Source of the DNA: Flavobacteriaceae bacterium
Lineage (GTDB): Bacteria > Bacteroidota > Bacteroidia > Flavobacteriales > Flavobacteriaceae
Assembly: GCA_045561735.1 (NCBI GenBank)
Contig: JBJKXC010000026.1
Span: 2,255-66,254 of the forward strand
Reading direction: 5' to 3'
Length of the DNA: 64,000 bases
Below are positions 9,259 through 19,076 of this stretch, piece by piece. How positions within the stretch are numbered: position 1 is the stretch's first letter; each line of letters starts with the position of its first letter. Under the pieces are notes generated by a model, which was given only the letters and a program-made list of their open reading frames with translations, was not told where the DNA came from and ran no database searches. Made by a program: the position numbers and the translations under genes.

Positions 9259-10751
9259 TTGATTACAGATGGATTGGTCCTTTGATATTCTTTTTAGCAA
9301 GTCTGCTTATGTCTACGGGATGCAAACAATCTGACCCTACAATCAATGTATATGAAACTTCTGAAAGCGGTCACAAATTAACGCTTATTAAGGACATTGA
9401 GCCTTTGAAAGTGTCTTCAGAAATTAATTTAAATATAAATCAAAAATTTCAAACCATTTCGGGTTTTGGAGGTGCATTCACAGAAGCCTCTGCCCATCTT
9501 TTGAACCAATTAAGTCCATCCAAAAGAGCCGAAATTTTGAAGGCTTATTTTAGCTTGGAAGGTGCGGCTTATTCTATGGCGCGAACGCATATGAATTCCT
9601 GTGACTTCTCAATAGACCACTATTCTTATTCCCCTGTAGCTGGTGATAAAAATCTGGAACATTTTTCTATTGATGAAGACCGCGAAGATTTGATACCCAT
9701 GATAAAAGACGCCTTAGAAATTTCTGAGGAGGGCTTTAAAATCTTTGCATCTCCTTGGACAGCAGCACCCTGGATGAAGGATAACAATGCATGGGTTGGT
9801 GGAAAATTATTACCAGAATACTATGACACTTGGGCTTTGTTCTTCTCTAAATATGCAGATGCTTATGATGATGAGGGGATTGATATTTGGGGTTTTACTG
9901 TTGAAAACGAACCAATGGGCAATGGTAACAATTGGGAAAGCATGCATTTCTCACCTGAGGAAATGACCGATTTTGTTCAAAATCACCTGGGACCCAAATT
10001 GGAAAGGGATGGTAAAGGAGATCTTATAATTCTTGGGTATGATCAAAATCGAGCGGATATTAAAGAATGGGTTGATGTGATGTACAGAGATGAAGCCAGT
10101 TCTAAATATTTTGATGGTACAGCCATTCACTGGTATGAAAGTACTTATGACTATTTTCCAGAAGCTTTACAATACGCACATCAAAAAGCACCTAATAAAT
10201 ATTTGATTCAAACAGAGGCTTGTGTAGATTCAGAAATTCCAGTTTGGAAAGAGGATGCTTGGTACTGGAAAAAGGAAGCTACTGATTGGGGCTATGATTG
10301 GCGTGAAGCTTCAAAAAAATATTTACATCCAAAATATGCCCCAGCCAATCGCTATGCAAGAGACATCATTGGATGCCTCAATAACTGGGTTGACGGCTGG
10401 GTAGACTGGAACATGGTTTTGGACCGTCAAGGCGGCCCAAATTGGTTTAAAAATTGGTGCGTGGCTCCAGTTATTGTAGATCCAGATTCAGATGAAGTAT
10501 ATTATACACCATTGTATTACATCATGGCGCATTTTAGTAAATTTATCAGGCCAAGGGCTGAGGTCATAGCAGCGGATTCAACAGACAAAGATTTGATGGT
10601 GACTGCAGCTCATAATCCTGATGGCTCAATCGCAGTGGTGGTTTTCAATGAAGGTTTCACAGAAAAGACCTATCAATTAAAGGGATTAAAACTAGAAAAG
10701 GCCATCAATATCAGTCCGCAAGCCATTCAAACAATTTTAATTACCAACTAA
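9255..10751 (+). CDS. GH30 glycoside hydrolase lipoprotein (probable beta-1,6-glucosidase)
   Basis: Lipobox STGC; GFGGAFTEA, SCDFS, ASPWTAAPWMK, TVENEP, IQTEAC, WVDWNMVLD; ATGA overlap with the upstream gene. Confidence 0.88.
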   Translation: MIDYRWIGPLIFFLASLLMSTGCKQSDPTINVYETSESGHKLTLIKDIEPLKVSSEINLNINQKFQTISGFGGAFTEASAHLLNQLSPSKRAEILKAYFSLEGAAYSMARTHMNSCDFSIDHYSYSPVAGDKNLEHFSIDEDREDLIPMIKDALEISEEGFKIFASPWTAAPWMKDNNAWVGGKLLPEYYDTWALFFSKYADAYDDEGIDIWGFTVENEPMGNGNNWESMHFSPEEMTDFVQNHLGPKLERDGKGDLIILGYDQNRADIKEWVDVMYRDEASSKYFDGTAIHWYESTYDYFPEALQYAHQKAPNKYLIQTEACVDSEIPVWKEDAWYWKKEATDWGYDWREASKKYLHPKYAPANRYARDIIGCLNNWVDGWVDWNMVLDRQGGPNWFKNWCVAPVIVDPDSDEVYYTPLYYIMAHFSKFIRPRAEVIAADSTDKDLMVTAAHNPDGSIAVVVFNEGFTEKTYQLKGLKLEKAINISPQAIQTILITN

Positions 10752-10762
10752 ACCAATATATT

Positions 10763-12175
10763 ATGCAAACATCTAATGCAACAGTCAATAGATTATCAAT
10801 GGGCCAAAAAATTGCTTTTGGATTTGGAATGTTGGCCAACCAAATGTTTCCTGCCATCTTGGGAATCTTTATGGTTGTTCTTATTGAAGACTTGGGGTTT
10901 TCTGGCTGGATGTGGTCTTTGATTTTTCTTTTTCCTAGAATTTTTGATGCCATAACTGATCCTATTATGGGCTTTATCTCCGATAATACCAAATCTAAAT
11001 GGGGTCGTCGCCGACAGTATGTTTTTATTGGGGGACTTGTTATGGGGCTTGCTTACATTTTTATGTGGCAACTTTATAAAACAGATGGTGTAGAATATAA
11101 CTTTTGGTATTTCTTTTTATGGTCTTTGGTTTTTTATTTGGGACTGACCATCTTTAGTGTTCCTTATGTGGCCATGGGTTACGAAATGAGCGATGATTTT
11201 CACGAAAGAACAAACATCATGGCCATCGCCCAATGGATTGGACAGTGGGCTTGGGTCATTGCGCCTTTGTTTTGGATTATTATGTATGATCAAGATTGGT
11301 TTCCCTCTGCGGATGTTGCTGTAAGAGAATTGGCCATATGGGTTGCAATCCCCTGTACGCTTTTTGCTTTGGTGCCTGCTTTCTTTATAAAAAGCAAATC
11401 CACATTAAACGAAGACTATGAGCCCTTAAATTTGGCGAATGTTGAGAACAGTTTAAAAAAAATATTTGAAAGTTTTATTGAAGCGTTTAAAATCAAGGAA
11501 TTTAGAAAATTATGCGGTGCAACCTTTTTAATATTCAATGCTTTCAACACAGTAGCAGCACTGACCTTTTTTGTAATTGTCTATAAATTATTTAATGGAG
11601 ACGCCGGTGCATCTGGTATTTGGGTTTCTATGTTTGGATGTTTGGGTGCTTTAGGCACAACATTTATTGTGATTCCAGCGGTGGCTTGGATGTCTAAAAA
11701 ATTTGGTAAGAAAAAGGCTTTTATGTTGGCACAAACAATTTCATTGGTGGGCTATATAATGCTTTATTTTTTATTCATTCCTGGTAAACCATCGCTGTAT
11801 ATTATTGCTTTGCCGTTCTTTTCTTTTGGAATTGGGAGTTTGTTTACAATAATGATGTCAATGACTGCAGATGTTATTGATATTGATGAGTTAAATACAG
11901 GAAAACGAAGAGAAGGAATTTTTGGTGCTATTTATTGGTGGATGGTAAAAGTGGGCTTTGCCATTGCTGGCGCCCTAAGTGGTACTATCATTACATTTGT
12001 TGGTTTTAATCCGGACCTTGCAACGCTAGACCAACAAGCGGCTGTAGATGGGTTGCATGCTTTCTTTTGTTTTTTTCCAATGGGAGGAACCATCCTCGCA
12101 ATGTTTATCATGCGTAATTATAGCATCACTGAAGAGAAGGCTCAAGAAACAAAGGCTGCATTGAAAGAAAAATGA
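10763..12175 (+). CDS. MFS sugar transporter (GPH/MelB-like)
   Basis: PRIFDAITDPIMGFISDNTKSKWGRRR and DVIDIDELNTGKRREGIF motifs; about 12 TM. Confidence 0.92.
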   Translation: MQTSNATVNRLSMGQKIAFGFGMLANQMFPAILGIFMVVLIEDLGFSGWMWSLIFLFPRIFDAITDPIMGFISDNTKSKWGRRRQYVFIGGLVMGLAYIFMWQLYKTDGVEYNFWYFFLWSLVFYLGLTIFSVPYVAMGYEMSDDFHERTNIMAIAQWIGQWAWVIAPLFWIIMYDQDWFPSADVAVRELAIWVAIPCTLFALVPAFFIKSKSTLNEDYEPLNLANVENSLKKIFESFIEAFKIKEFRKLCGATFLIFNAFNTVAALTFFVIVYKLFNGDAGASGIWVSMFGCLGALGTTFIVIPAVAWMSKKFGKKKAFMLAQTISLVGYIMLYFLFIPGKPSLYIIALPFFSFGIGSLFTIMMSMTADVIDIDELNTGKRREGIFGAIYWWMVKVGFAIAGALSGTIITFVGFNPDLATLDQQAAVDGLHAFFCFFPMGGTILAMFIMRNYSITEEKAQETKAALKEK

Positions 12176-12284
12176 AAATAATTAAGAAATCTGCAATTTA
12201 TTTTCTGAAATTTTGCTCTCATTTCCATGTGGAAGCTGCCATGCCGAGATTCATTTTTGGTTGATGGGGTTGATTTACTGTAAT

Positions 12285-13109
12285 TTAAAAAATACCGGGA
12301 GGGCCTATAAATTCCATGTAAATTATAAATCCAGCCATCACAAATATAAAATAACCAAAAATTTTCCGAAGTTTTGAGTTGTCAAAATAACTTCCAAGGT
12401 AATTGCCAATAAAAACACCAAAAATAGCCAGGCAAGTAAAAGGCAAAAGAAACCCCCAATCAATATTTACAACCAAAGCATCCCCAAGTAAAAATCCGAT
12501 TAGTGACTTTAAAGTTACGATTGTAAGTGAGGTTCCAATGGCTGTTTTAATATCAATATTTGCAAAAAGAACCAAGGCAGGAATGATTAAAAACCCACCA
12601 CCTGCACCCACAAGCCCTGTGATGCTACCAATGAGAACCCCTACGATTAAAATTAAGGGGTAATTATGGGCAGCCATTTTAAATTTTCCTTTTTTAATAT
12701 TTTTTTTTGGCCTTTTAAACATGCTCAAGGCCGCAGGGATCATTACTACTGCAAATCCGCCCAATATAATCATACGCCTGCTAATGACAATATCACCTAT
12801 TGTAAACAATTCAATGGGAATTATAGGAATTAAAAACAATCTAACAGCAGTAATACTTAGGATAGCGGGAAGGCCAAAAATAAGGCCAATTCTAAAATCT
12901 ACAGTTCCTTTTTGATACTGTTTAATCCCTCCCACCATGGCGCTGCAACCTACTACAAATAACGAATATCCTGTGGCTAATTTTTCATCGATCGTAAATA
13001 AATACGTAAAAACAGGAACCGCGAGAATAGACCCTCCCCCTCCAATTAGACCTAAAACAATTCCTATTAGTAATGCAAAAAAATAGCCAAACGCTTCTGT
13101 CAAAACCAT
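12285..13109 (-). CDS. TauE/SafE family sulfite exporter
   Basis: LGLIGGGGSILAVP and GLVGAGGGFLIIPAL repeats, AIGTSL; ATG at 13109 preferred over the upstream TTG. Confidence 0.9.
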   Translation of the reverse strand: MVLTEAFGYFFALLIGIVLGLIGGGGSILAVPVFTYLFTIDEKLATGYSLFVVGCSAMVGGIKQYQKGTVDFRIGLIFGLPAILSITAVRLFLIPIIPIELFTIGDIVISRRMIILGGFAVVMIPAALSMFKRPKKNIKKGKFKMAAHNYPLILIVGVLIGSITGLVGAGGGFLIIPALVLFANIDIKTAIGTSLTIVTLKSLIGFLLGDALVVNIDWGFLLPFTCLAIFGVFIGNYLGSYFDNSKLRKIFGYFIFVMAGFIIYMEFIGPPGIF

Positions 13110-13266
13110 AATTATTTTTCTCAAAAACAGTAGAAAGATTATTGTATTTGAGATCGTTTTACAAATTAACAAAAATTCAAATTAACATACTTTAACGCTT
13201 TGCTAATCTTTTTTTGTAACTTTAAATGTAAATTTGCCTTTTTAATTGGCACAATTACAGGCAATT

Positions 13267-14157
13267 ATGACAAAAACACAGGTACTTGATAGGCTTTATG
13301 ATCTTTTAATTTCTGAAAAGGTAAAATTTAAAATTGAAAAAATAATTCTGATCATAGGTATGATCAGTTTTGTTGTTCATCTAGCTCTCATTTACTTGAA
13401 ACGCTATGGGCTTTTAAATCTTTTCGAAACATCTAATTTCTTTGATAATCCCATTGCAGCCATCTACACGCCGTTTTCTTTTATATTAATCTACGAGGTT
13501 TACTTGTTAATTTTTTATTTACCAAGATCAATAACTACCTATATTACAAAACAATATGAAATCATTACGCTTATTGTTATTCGTCGTATTTTTAAAGATT
13601 TGTCTAATTTGGAACTATCTTCGAATTGGTTTGAGATCAAAAATGACATTGCTTTCACCTATGATATTATAACTGCCTTATTGCTGTTTTTTTTAATTTA
13701 CCTTTTTTCATATTTAAAGGACAATTTGGACATTCAGAATTTAGAAAACCCCCTTAAAAGTTCACAAATACAACAGTTCATAGACATCAAAAAAATAATG
13801 GCATCTGCCCTCATTCCTATTTTTATAGTAATTGGATTGTTCACTTTTGGTGGCTGGATTACCTCTTCAGTGCCTTCTAATATTTCGGCAGCCCTGAAAG
13901 ATGTTAATAGTTTGTTTTTTGACGAATTTTTCGCGGTGCTTATTATTGTAGATGTTTTGTTGTTATTGGTTTCTTTTTTCTATACAGATCAGTTTCATAA
14001 GGTCATTCGAAACTCTGGGTTTATTATTTCAACTATCCTCATTCGGATGTCTTTTACGGTTGAGGGTTTTATCAATAATATCCTCATCATCGCTTCCATT
14101 GTTTTTGGTTTGGGGATTTTATGGATTCACAACAAGTTTGCAAAAAATCTGCGTTAA
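13267..14157 (+). CDS. Hypothetical multi-pass membrane protein
   Basis: About 8 hydrophobic segments; family not recognised; start at ATG 13267 or TTG 13246. Confidence 0.75.
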   Translation: MTKTQVLDRLYDLLISEKVKFKIEKIILIIGMISFVVHLALIYLKRYGLLNLFETSNFFDNPIAAIYTPFSFILIYEVYLLIFYLPRSITTYITKQYEIITLIVIRRIFKDLSNLELSSNWFEIKNDIAFTYDIITALLLFFLIYLFSYLKDNLDIQNLENPLKSSQIQQFIDIKKIMASALIPIFIVIGLFTFGGWITSSVPSNISAALKDVNSLFFDEFFAVLIIVDVLLLLVSFFYTDQFHKVIRNSGFIISTILIRMSFTVEGFINNILIIASIVFGLGILWIHNKFAKNLR

Positions 14158-14159
14158 AA

Positions 14160-14186
14160 AAAATCCAAACCTAGGTTTGGATTTTA
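14160..14186. terminator. Bidirectional terminator
   Basis: AAAATCCAAACCTAGGTTTGGATTTT inverted repeat between convergent genes. Confidence 0.85.
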
Positions 14187-14208
14187 TATAATCAATTCTA
14201 AAAAATGC

Positions 14209-14673
14209 CTACCGGCGTTTCGCTTTTTTCATTTTTGAACGCTTTTTTATATACTTGGTCTTTGAATACTTTTTATTTTTTATCAATTCCCATTGAGCAA
14301 ACTGATAATCATTTAAGATTTTTTTTAAACTTTCTTTCATGGCAATAGCTTCATCAAGCCTTGAGATATGCATATTGTAAACCTCTTCTTTGCTGGGGCG
14401 TTCTTCAGGCTTATTTTCCATGCGCAACTTTATTTTTTTTGTCTTTTCTAGAATAAGTGCATACATCTGATCTTGTTGGTTTTGGTTTAAATCTAGTTCT
14501 AGAGTCATTTTTTTAGTCCAAAGTGTAGCTTCTTGTTCAGGAGTCAAGGCTTTCATCGCTTGCATGCGGTTGTTGGACCGTTTTCCACGTTCTGAATCCA
14601 TTTGTCGCGGCGGTTGTTGTGCAAAGACTGTAAGACTAAAAAGAAGAACCAATATTTTTAAAATAGATTTCAT
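14209..14673 (-). CDS. Exported helical basic protein (Spy/CpxP- or DUF4890-like)
   Basis: Signal peptide ending VFA-Q; LTPEQ...MTLELDLNQNQQ...LKKILNDYQFAQW. Confidence 0.7.
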   Translation of the reverse strand: MKSILKILVLLFSLTVFAQQPPRQMDSERGKRSNNRMQAMKALTPEQEATLWTKKMTLELDLNQNQQDQMYALILEKTKKIKLRMENKPEERPSKEEVYNMHISRLDEAIAMKESLKKILNDYQFAQWELIKNKKYSKTKYIKKRSKMKKAKRR

Positions 14674-14709
14674 AGCAACTTTTTTAAGTTGTTTTTAAAT
14701 GTACAAAAT

Positions 14710-17199
14710 CTATTCCGGATTTAAAACAGCCTCAATTCGTTTCAAAATATCTTGAAGATGGATGCGCGTCATACTATCTGCGGTTCTAATGAGCCCCTGT
14801 TTTGTCATGCGCGTCAGTTCATTTAATTCAAATCGAGTAACAGCTTTAATGTCCGACTGACTTGTATTTACAGCGGTCGACTTCACATAATCGCTGCCCA
14901 ATCTTTTGCTTTGATTTTTAGCGTTTATTATATAAGCAAGCCGGTCAATATGCGCTCTTTGAAGATTTCGGCGGTAGGTGTCAATTTTTTGACCTCTTTT
15001 GAGTTCTCTCCATATACTGTTGCGCAATACAGTGGTTAAATCTGTCAGTTTAAAAGCCTCCGAACCGTTCAAGGTTTCATTTTCAATAAGCCGCGCCATT
15101 TTTCCCAAACTCAATAGATTTTTCAAAGTCCTCTCTTGCAACTTGCGAATGCGTTCTACAGACCCTGAATACTCAATGCGTTCAAAAATAGTTTTGTCTA
15201 TTAACCATGAGGGAGTTTGAAACAATTCTTTATCCAAAAAGTCCAGAGCCTCTGCTTGTTTTTCTTTAGACACATGGGTGTAAACTGCTCCTTCTTGATC
15301 GGCTGTTTTGTAATGCTCGTAAACACCTCCAATATGATTCGCAACATGCCCCATATAGCGGTTGAATTGCGAAAGCACTTGCCCATACATGGCTTCCAAA
15401 TCTTTGTAATCTTCTCCATCTTTGGTTGTCCATTGAATCAAATTAGGAACAATACGCTCCAAGTTTTTAATCCCATAGGAGCTGGCCAGAACTGCATCGT
15501 CACCAAGGTCTTCTGTTTGGGAACTTGGATCTACAACATCACCTGCTTGCTGGTGTCCAAAGCGGTACATGGGATCTCCAGCATGTTTTGTAATCCAACT
15601 GTTTAATATTTCTTTTTCTTCTACAGCAGTTTTTCCGGGTATTGGCCGGTACCCCCAAGCAATGGCATATTTATCATAAACACCAATGTTAGGCATCAGC
15701 GCGACCCCTTTGTCTTGAGGCTGTGCGACATAATTAAAGCGTGCATAATCCATGATAGAGGGCGCGGTGCCATATTTTTGAGTGAATTCAGCATTTCTTA
15801 AATCTTCTACCTTATAGGCGCAACTGCTGCCCATATTATGTGGGAGACCGAGGGTGTGACCAACTTCATGTGCTGACACAAACCGAATCAGGCGCCCCAT
15901 AACCTCATCTTCAAATTCAGCACCCCGAGCTTCAGGGTTGATGGCTGCTGTTTGAACAAAAAACCAGCCACGAAGCAAGGTCATAACATTGTGGTACCAA
16001 TTGATATCACTTTCTAAAATTTCTCCTGTTCTTGGGTCGCTTACATGGGGGCCATTTGCATTTGGAATTGGTGATGCTAAATACCTTACTACAGAGTAAC
16101 GAACATCCTCTGGACTCCATTCGGGATCTTCCTCAATAGATGGAGGGTCTGCTGCAAGGATGGCATTTTTAAAACCAGCGGCTTCAAAAGCGACTTGCCA
16201 ATCTTCAATGCCTTGTTTGATGTATTTGCGCCATTTTTTAGGGGTGGCACGATCAATGTAATAAATAATGGGTTTTTTAGGTTCCACCAATTCTCCAGCT
16301 TCAAATTTATCGAGGTCTTCCGCTTTGATTTCAAGTCGCCAACGGTCTAAATACACCAATTCTCGACTTCTTTGATCCTCCAATCCATAATCGACTTGCC
16401 CCCTTGCAAACCAACCTACACGTTGGTCAAAATAACGACGCTTCATTGGGTTTTGAGGCAATAAAATCATTGAATTATTGATTTCAACTGAAATGGTTCC
16501 TGTGCTAGAATTTGATGGCGGTTCCGATGCTGCATAGGTTTTAACATGTCTGGCTTCAATATTTTTTGGATAACTTTTGACACTTTCAATAAATGACTTG
16601 TTACTTTCTAGGCGGGATATTTTGTATTGTTTTCTCCGATAGTTCGGTAATCCAAGTGCTTTTACATCCGTTTTAAATAGATCCGTTACATTAATCACAG
16701 TTGCAGTGGAATCATTGTTGTAGGCTTTAATCGGAAAGGTGTATAAAACTGGCTCAAAGTTTGAATTCACAACTGCTTCATGTACGGGCAGAGAATCTGC
16801 TGCAAAAACTTCATGAGACACAACTCTCAATAAGACCTTTTTATCTCTTTTTTGCCATCTCAAAACTTGGGTGTTTTGTTTTCCACCTCCAAATCCAATA
16901 CCAGATGCTGTTTTCGCAATGCGACTGACCATGAGCATTTCTTTTTCAAACAATGAATCTGGAATTTCGTAATAAAAATCGGTTTCAATTTTATGAACTT
17001 TAAAAAGCCCCTCATCCGATTCAGCATCTTTTGTGATGACTTCTGGATAGGGTTTGATTCCATCCTTCTTTGGCTTGGTGCTGGTTTTTGATGCGTTGTC
17101 TTTGTTTTTTTTAACCGAGCCTGCCTTGATGCTGATTGCACAAGAATGTAGAACTACAAGTGCGGCTAATAAAACAGTTGTTTTTAAGATTGTTTTCAT
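14710..17199 (-). CDS. Zinc-dependent metalloprotease lipoprotein (DUF5117/DUF4953, metzincin-like)
   Basis: Lipobox LHSC; HEVGHTLGLPHN zinc motif; SIMDY Met-turn. Confidence 0.88.
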   Translation of the reverse strand: MKTILKTTVLLAALVVLHSCAISIKAGSVKKNKDNASKTSTKPKKDGIKPYPEVITKDAESDEGLFKVHKIETDFYYEIPDSLFEKEMLMVSRIAKTASGIGFGGGKQNTQVLRWQKRDKKVLLRVVSHEVFAADSLPVHEAVVNSNFEPVLYTFPIKAYNNDSTATVINVTDLFKTDVKALGLPNYRRKQYKISRLESNKSFIESVKSYPKNIEARHVKTYAASEPPSNSSTGTISVEINNSMILLPQNPMKRRYFDQRVGWFARGQVDYGLEDQRSRELVYLDRWRLEIKAEDLDKFEAGELVEPKKPIIYYIDRATPKKWRKYIKQGIEDWQVAFEAAGFKNAILAADPPSIEEDPEWSPEDVRYSVVRYLASPIPNANGPHVSDPRTGEILESDINWYHNVMTLLRGWFFVQTAAINPEARGAEFEDEVMGRLIRFVSAHEVGHTLGLPHNMGSSCAYKVEDLRNAEFTQKYGTAPSIMDYARFNYVAQPQDKGVALMPNIGVYDKYAIAWGYRPIPGKTAVEEKEILNSWITKHAGDPMYRFGHQQAGDVVDPSSQTEDLGDDAVLASSYGIKNLERIVPNLIQWTTKDGEDYKDLEAMYGQVLSQFNRYMGHVANHIGGVYEHYKTADQEGAVYTHVSKEKQAEALDFLDKELFQTPSWLIDKTIFERIEYSGSVERIRKLQERTLKNLLSLGKMARLIENETLNGSEAFKLTDLTTVLRNSIWRELKRGQKIDTYRRNLQRAHIDRLAYIINAKNQSKRLGSDYVKSTAVNTSQSDIKAVTRFELNELTRMTKQGLIRTADSMTRIHLQDILKRIEAVLNPE

Positions 17200-17241
17200 T
17201 GTCTTAAATTATAGTGATAGTTTAGGTTTATATTTTAGGGT

Positions 17242-18939
17242 TTAGTCCAAAAGTTTAACTGTAAGCTGATCCTCTGTTTTGATAACTTTTGCCAATCCTT
17301 GGTTTGTTAAGCTTTTCATTGCTTTATCCCAACCCTTATTACTGAGCCCAGCTTGTATTTTTAATTCGGATAGGCGTATGGATTTTTTGTTTTGAATGAT
17401 GTCGAAAATAGTTTTTTCATTTTCATTTAAATCTAAAGATTTTTTCTCCGGTTTCATCTGTGGAAAAAACAACACCTCTTGGATAGATGCATTATTGGTT
17501 AAAAACATAATCAAGCGGTCCATTCCAATGCCTATTCCAGAAGTTGGAGGCATTCCGTATTCTAAAGCTCTCAGAAAATCTTCATCAATAAATTGAGTCG
17601 CTTCATCATCGCCTCGATCGGCCAATGTTAATTGTGCTTCAAAGCGCTGGCGTTGATCTATGGGGTCGTTCAGCTCGGAGTAACCGTTGGCGATTTCTTT
17701 TCCGCACACCATCAGTTCAAAGCGTTCGGTCAAATCCGGATTGCTTCGGTGTTCTTTACAAAGTGGGCTCATTTCTTTTGGATAGTCTGTAATGTAGGTT
17801 GGCTGAATGTAGTTCCCTTCGCATTTTTCACCAAAAATTTCATCAATTAACTTGCCTTTTCCCATACTCTCATCAACTTCTATCCCCATACCTAAGGCAG
17901 CTGTTCTTAGTTCTTCTTCTGACTTACCTGTAATGTCATAGCCTGTAAATTCTTTTATGGCTTCTGTCATAGTGACTCTAGGATAGGGTGCTTTGAAATC
18001 AATTTCATGGGCGCCAAAAGTGGCTTTGGTAGTCCCATTGACTGTATTGGCACAAAACTCTAAGAGTTGCTCACAAAATCCCATCATCCAATTATAGTCC
18101 TTGTAGGCCACATAAATTTCCATGGCTGTAAATTCAGGATTGTGGGTGCGGTCCATACCTTCATTTCTGAAATTTTTTGAGAATTCATAAACCCCATCAA
18201 ATCCACCAACAATCAGACGTTTTAGGTACAATTCATTAGCAATACGCATGTACAAGGGAATGTCCAAGCTGTTGTGATGGGTAACGAATGGTCGTGCTGC
18301 AGCGCCTCCAGGTATGGGTTGTAAGACAGGTGTCTCTACTTCAAAATATCCAGCATCATTAAAAAATTTTCGCATCGCATTAAACAGCTTTGTTCTCTTT
18401 AAAAAGACCGCCTTGACATGAGGATTCACGGCTAAGTCTGCATAGCGTTGACGGTAGCGCATTTCAGGATCGTTGAATTCGTCATAAGAATTTCCATCCG
18501 AATCTGTTTTTGGAAGTGGGAGCGGTTTGAGTGCTTTGCTCAAAAGTTTAAAATTTTTGACCAGGATTGTTTTTTCGCCCACTTGGGTGATAAATAATTC
18601 TCCTTCAATTCCAATAATATCTCCTAAATCTAAAAGTTTTTTAAAGACATCATTGTAGGCAGACTTATCTTCACCCGGACAAATTTCATCTCTATTAAAA
18701 TAAACTTGAATGCGCCCTTCACTGTCTTGAATTTCAGTGAATGCAGCCTTCCCTTGCACTTTTTTTCGCATTAAGCGTCCAGCAATAACCACGTTTTCTC
18801 CTTCAATAAAATTGGATTTTATACCCAGACTGTTATGGGTTACAGGGAATAGGTCGGCGGGATAAGGATTGATTCCTAACGCACGAAGCTTTGAAAGTTT
18901 TTCGCGTCGGACAAGTTCTTGTTGGGAAAGCTGTGCCAT
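17242..18939 (-). CDS. lysS: Lysine--tRNA ligase (class II)
   Basis: GGAAARPFVTHHN, YMRIANELYLKRL, FRNEGMDRTHNPEF, YGMPPTSGIGIGMDRL. Confidence 0.98.
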   Translation of the reverse strand: MAQLSQQELVRREKLSKLRALGINPYPADLFPVTHNSLGIKSNFIEGENVVIAGRLMRKKVQGKAAFTEIQDSEGRIQVYFNRDEICPGEDKSAYNDVFKKLLDLGDIIGIEGELFITQVGEKTILVKNFKLLSKALKPLPLPKTDSDGNSYDEFNDPEMRYRQRYADLAVNPHVKAVFLKRTKLFNAMRKFFNDAGYFEVETPVLQPIPGGAAARPFVTHHNSLDIPLYMRIANELYLKRLIVGGFDGVYEFSKNFRNEGMDRTHNPEFTAMEIYVAYKDYNWMMGFCEQLLEFCANTVNGTTKATFGAHEIDFKAPYPRVTMTEAIKEFTGYDITGKSEEELRTAALGMGIEVDESMGKGKLIDEIFGEKCEGNYIQPTYITDYPKEMSPLCKEHRSNPDLTERFELMVCGKEIANGYSELNDPIDQRQRFEAQLTLADRGDDEATQFIDEDFLRALEYGMPPTSGIGIGMDRLIMFLTNNASIQEVLFFPQMKPEKKSLDLNENEKTIFDIIQNKKSIRLSELKIQAGLSNKGWDKAMKSLTNQGLAKVIKTEDQLTVKLLD

Positions 18940-19076
18940 AGTTGTTTAATCTTAATTGATAACAAATATAACTACTCTGCATTGGATTTCAATAGCGAAT
19001 TTAAAATTCAATAGTTTGTAACGATTTTGATGTATTTTTGTCTTATTGTAGCGTTATAATTTTCAACTTTATTGCG

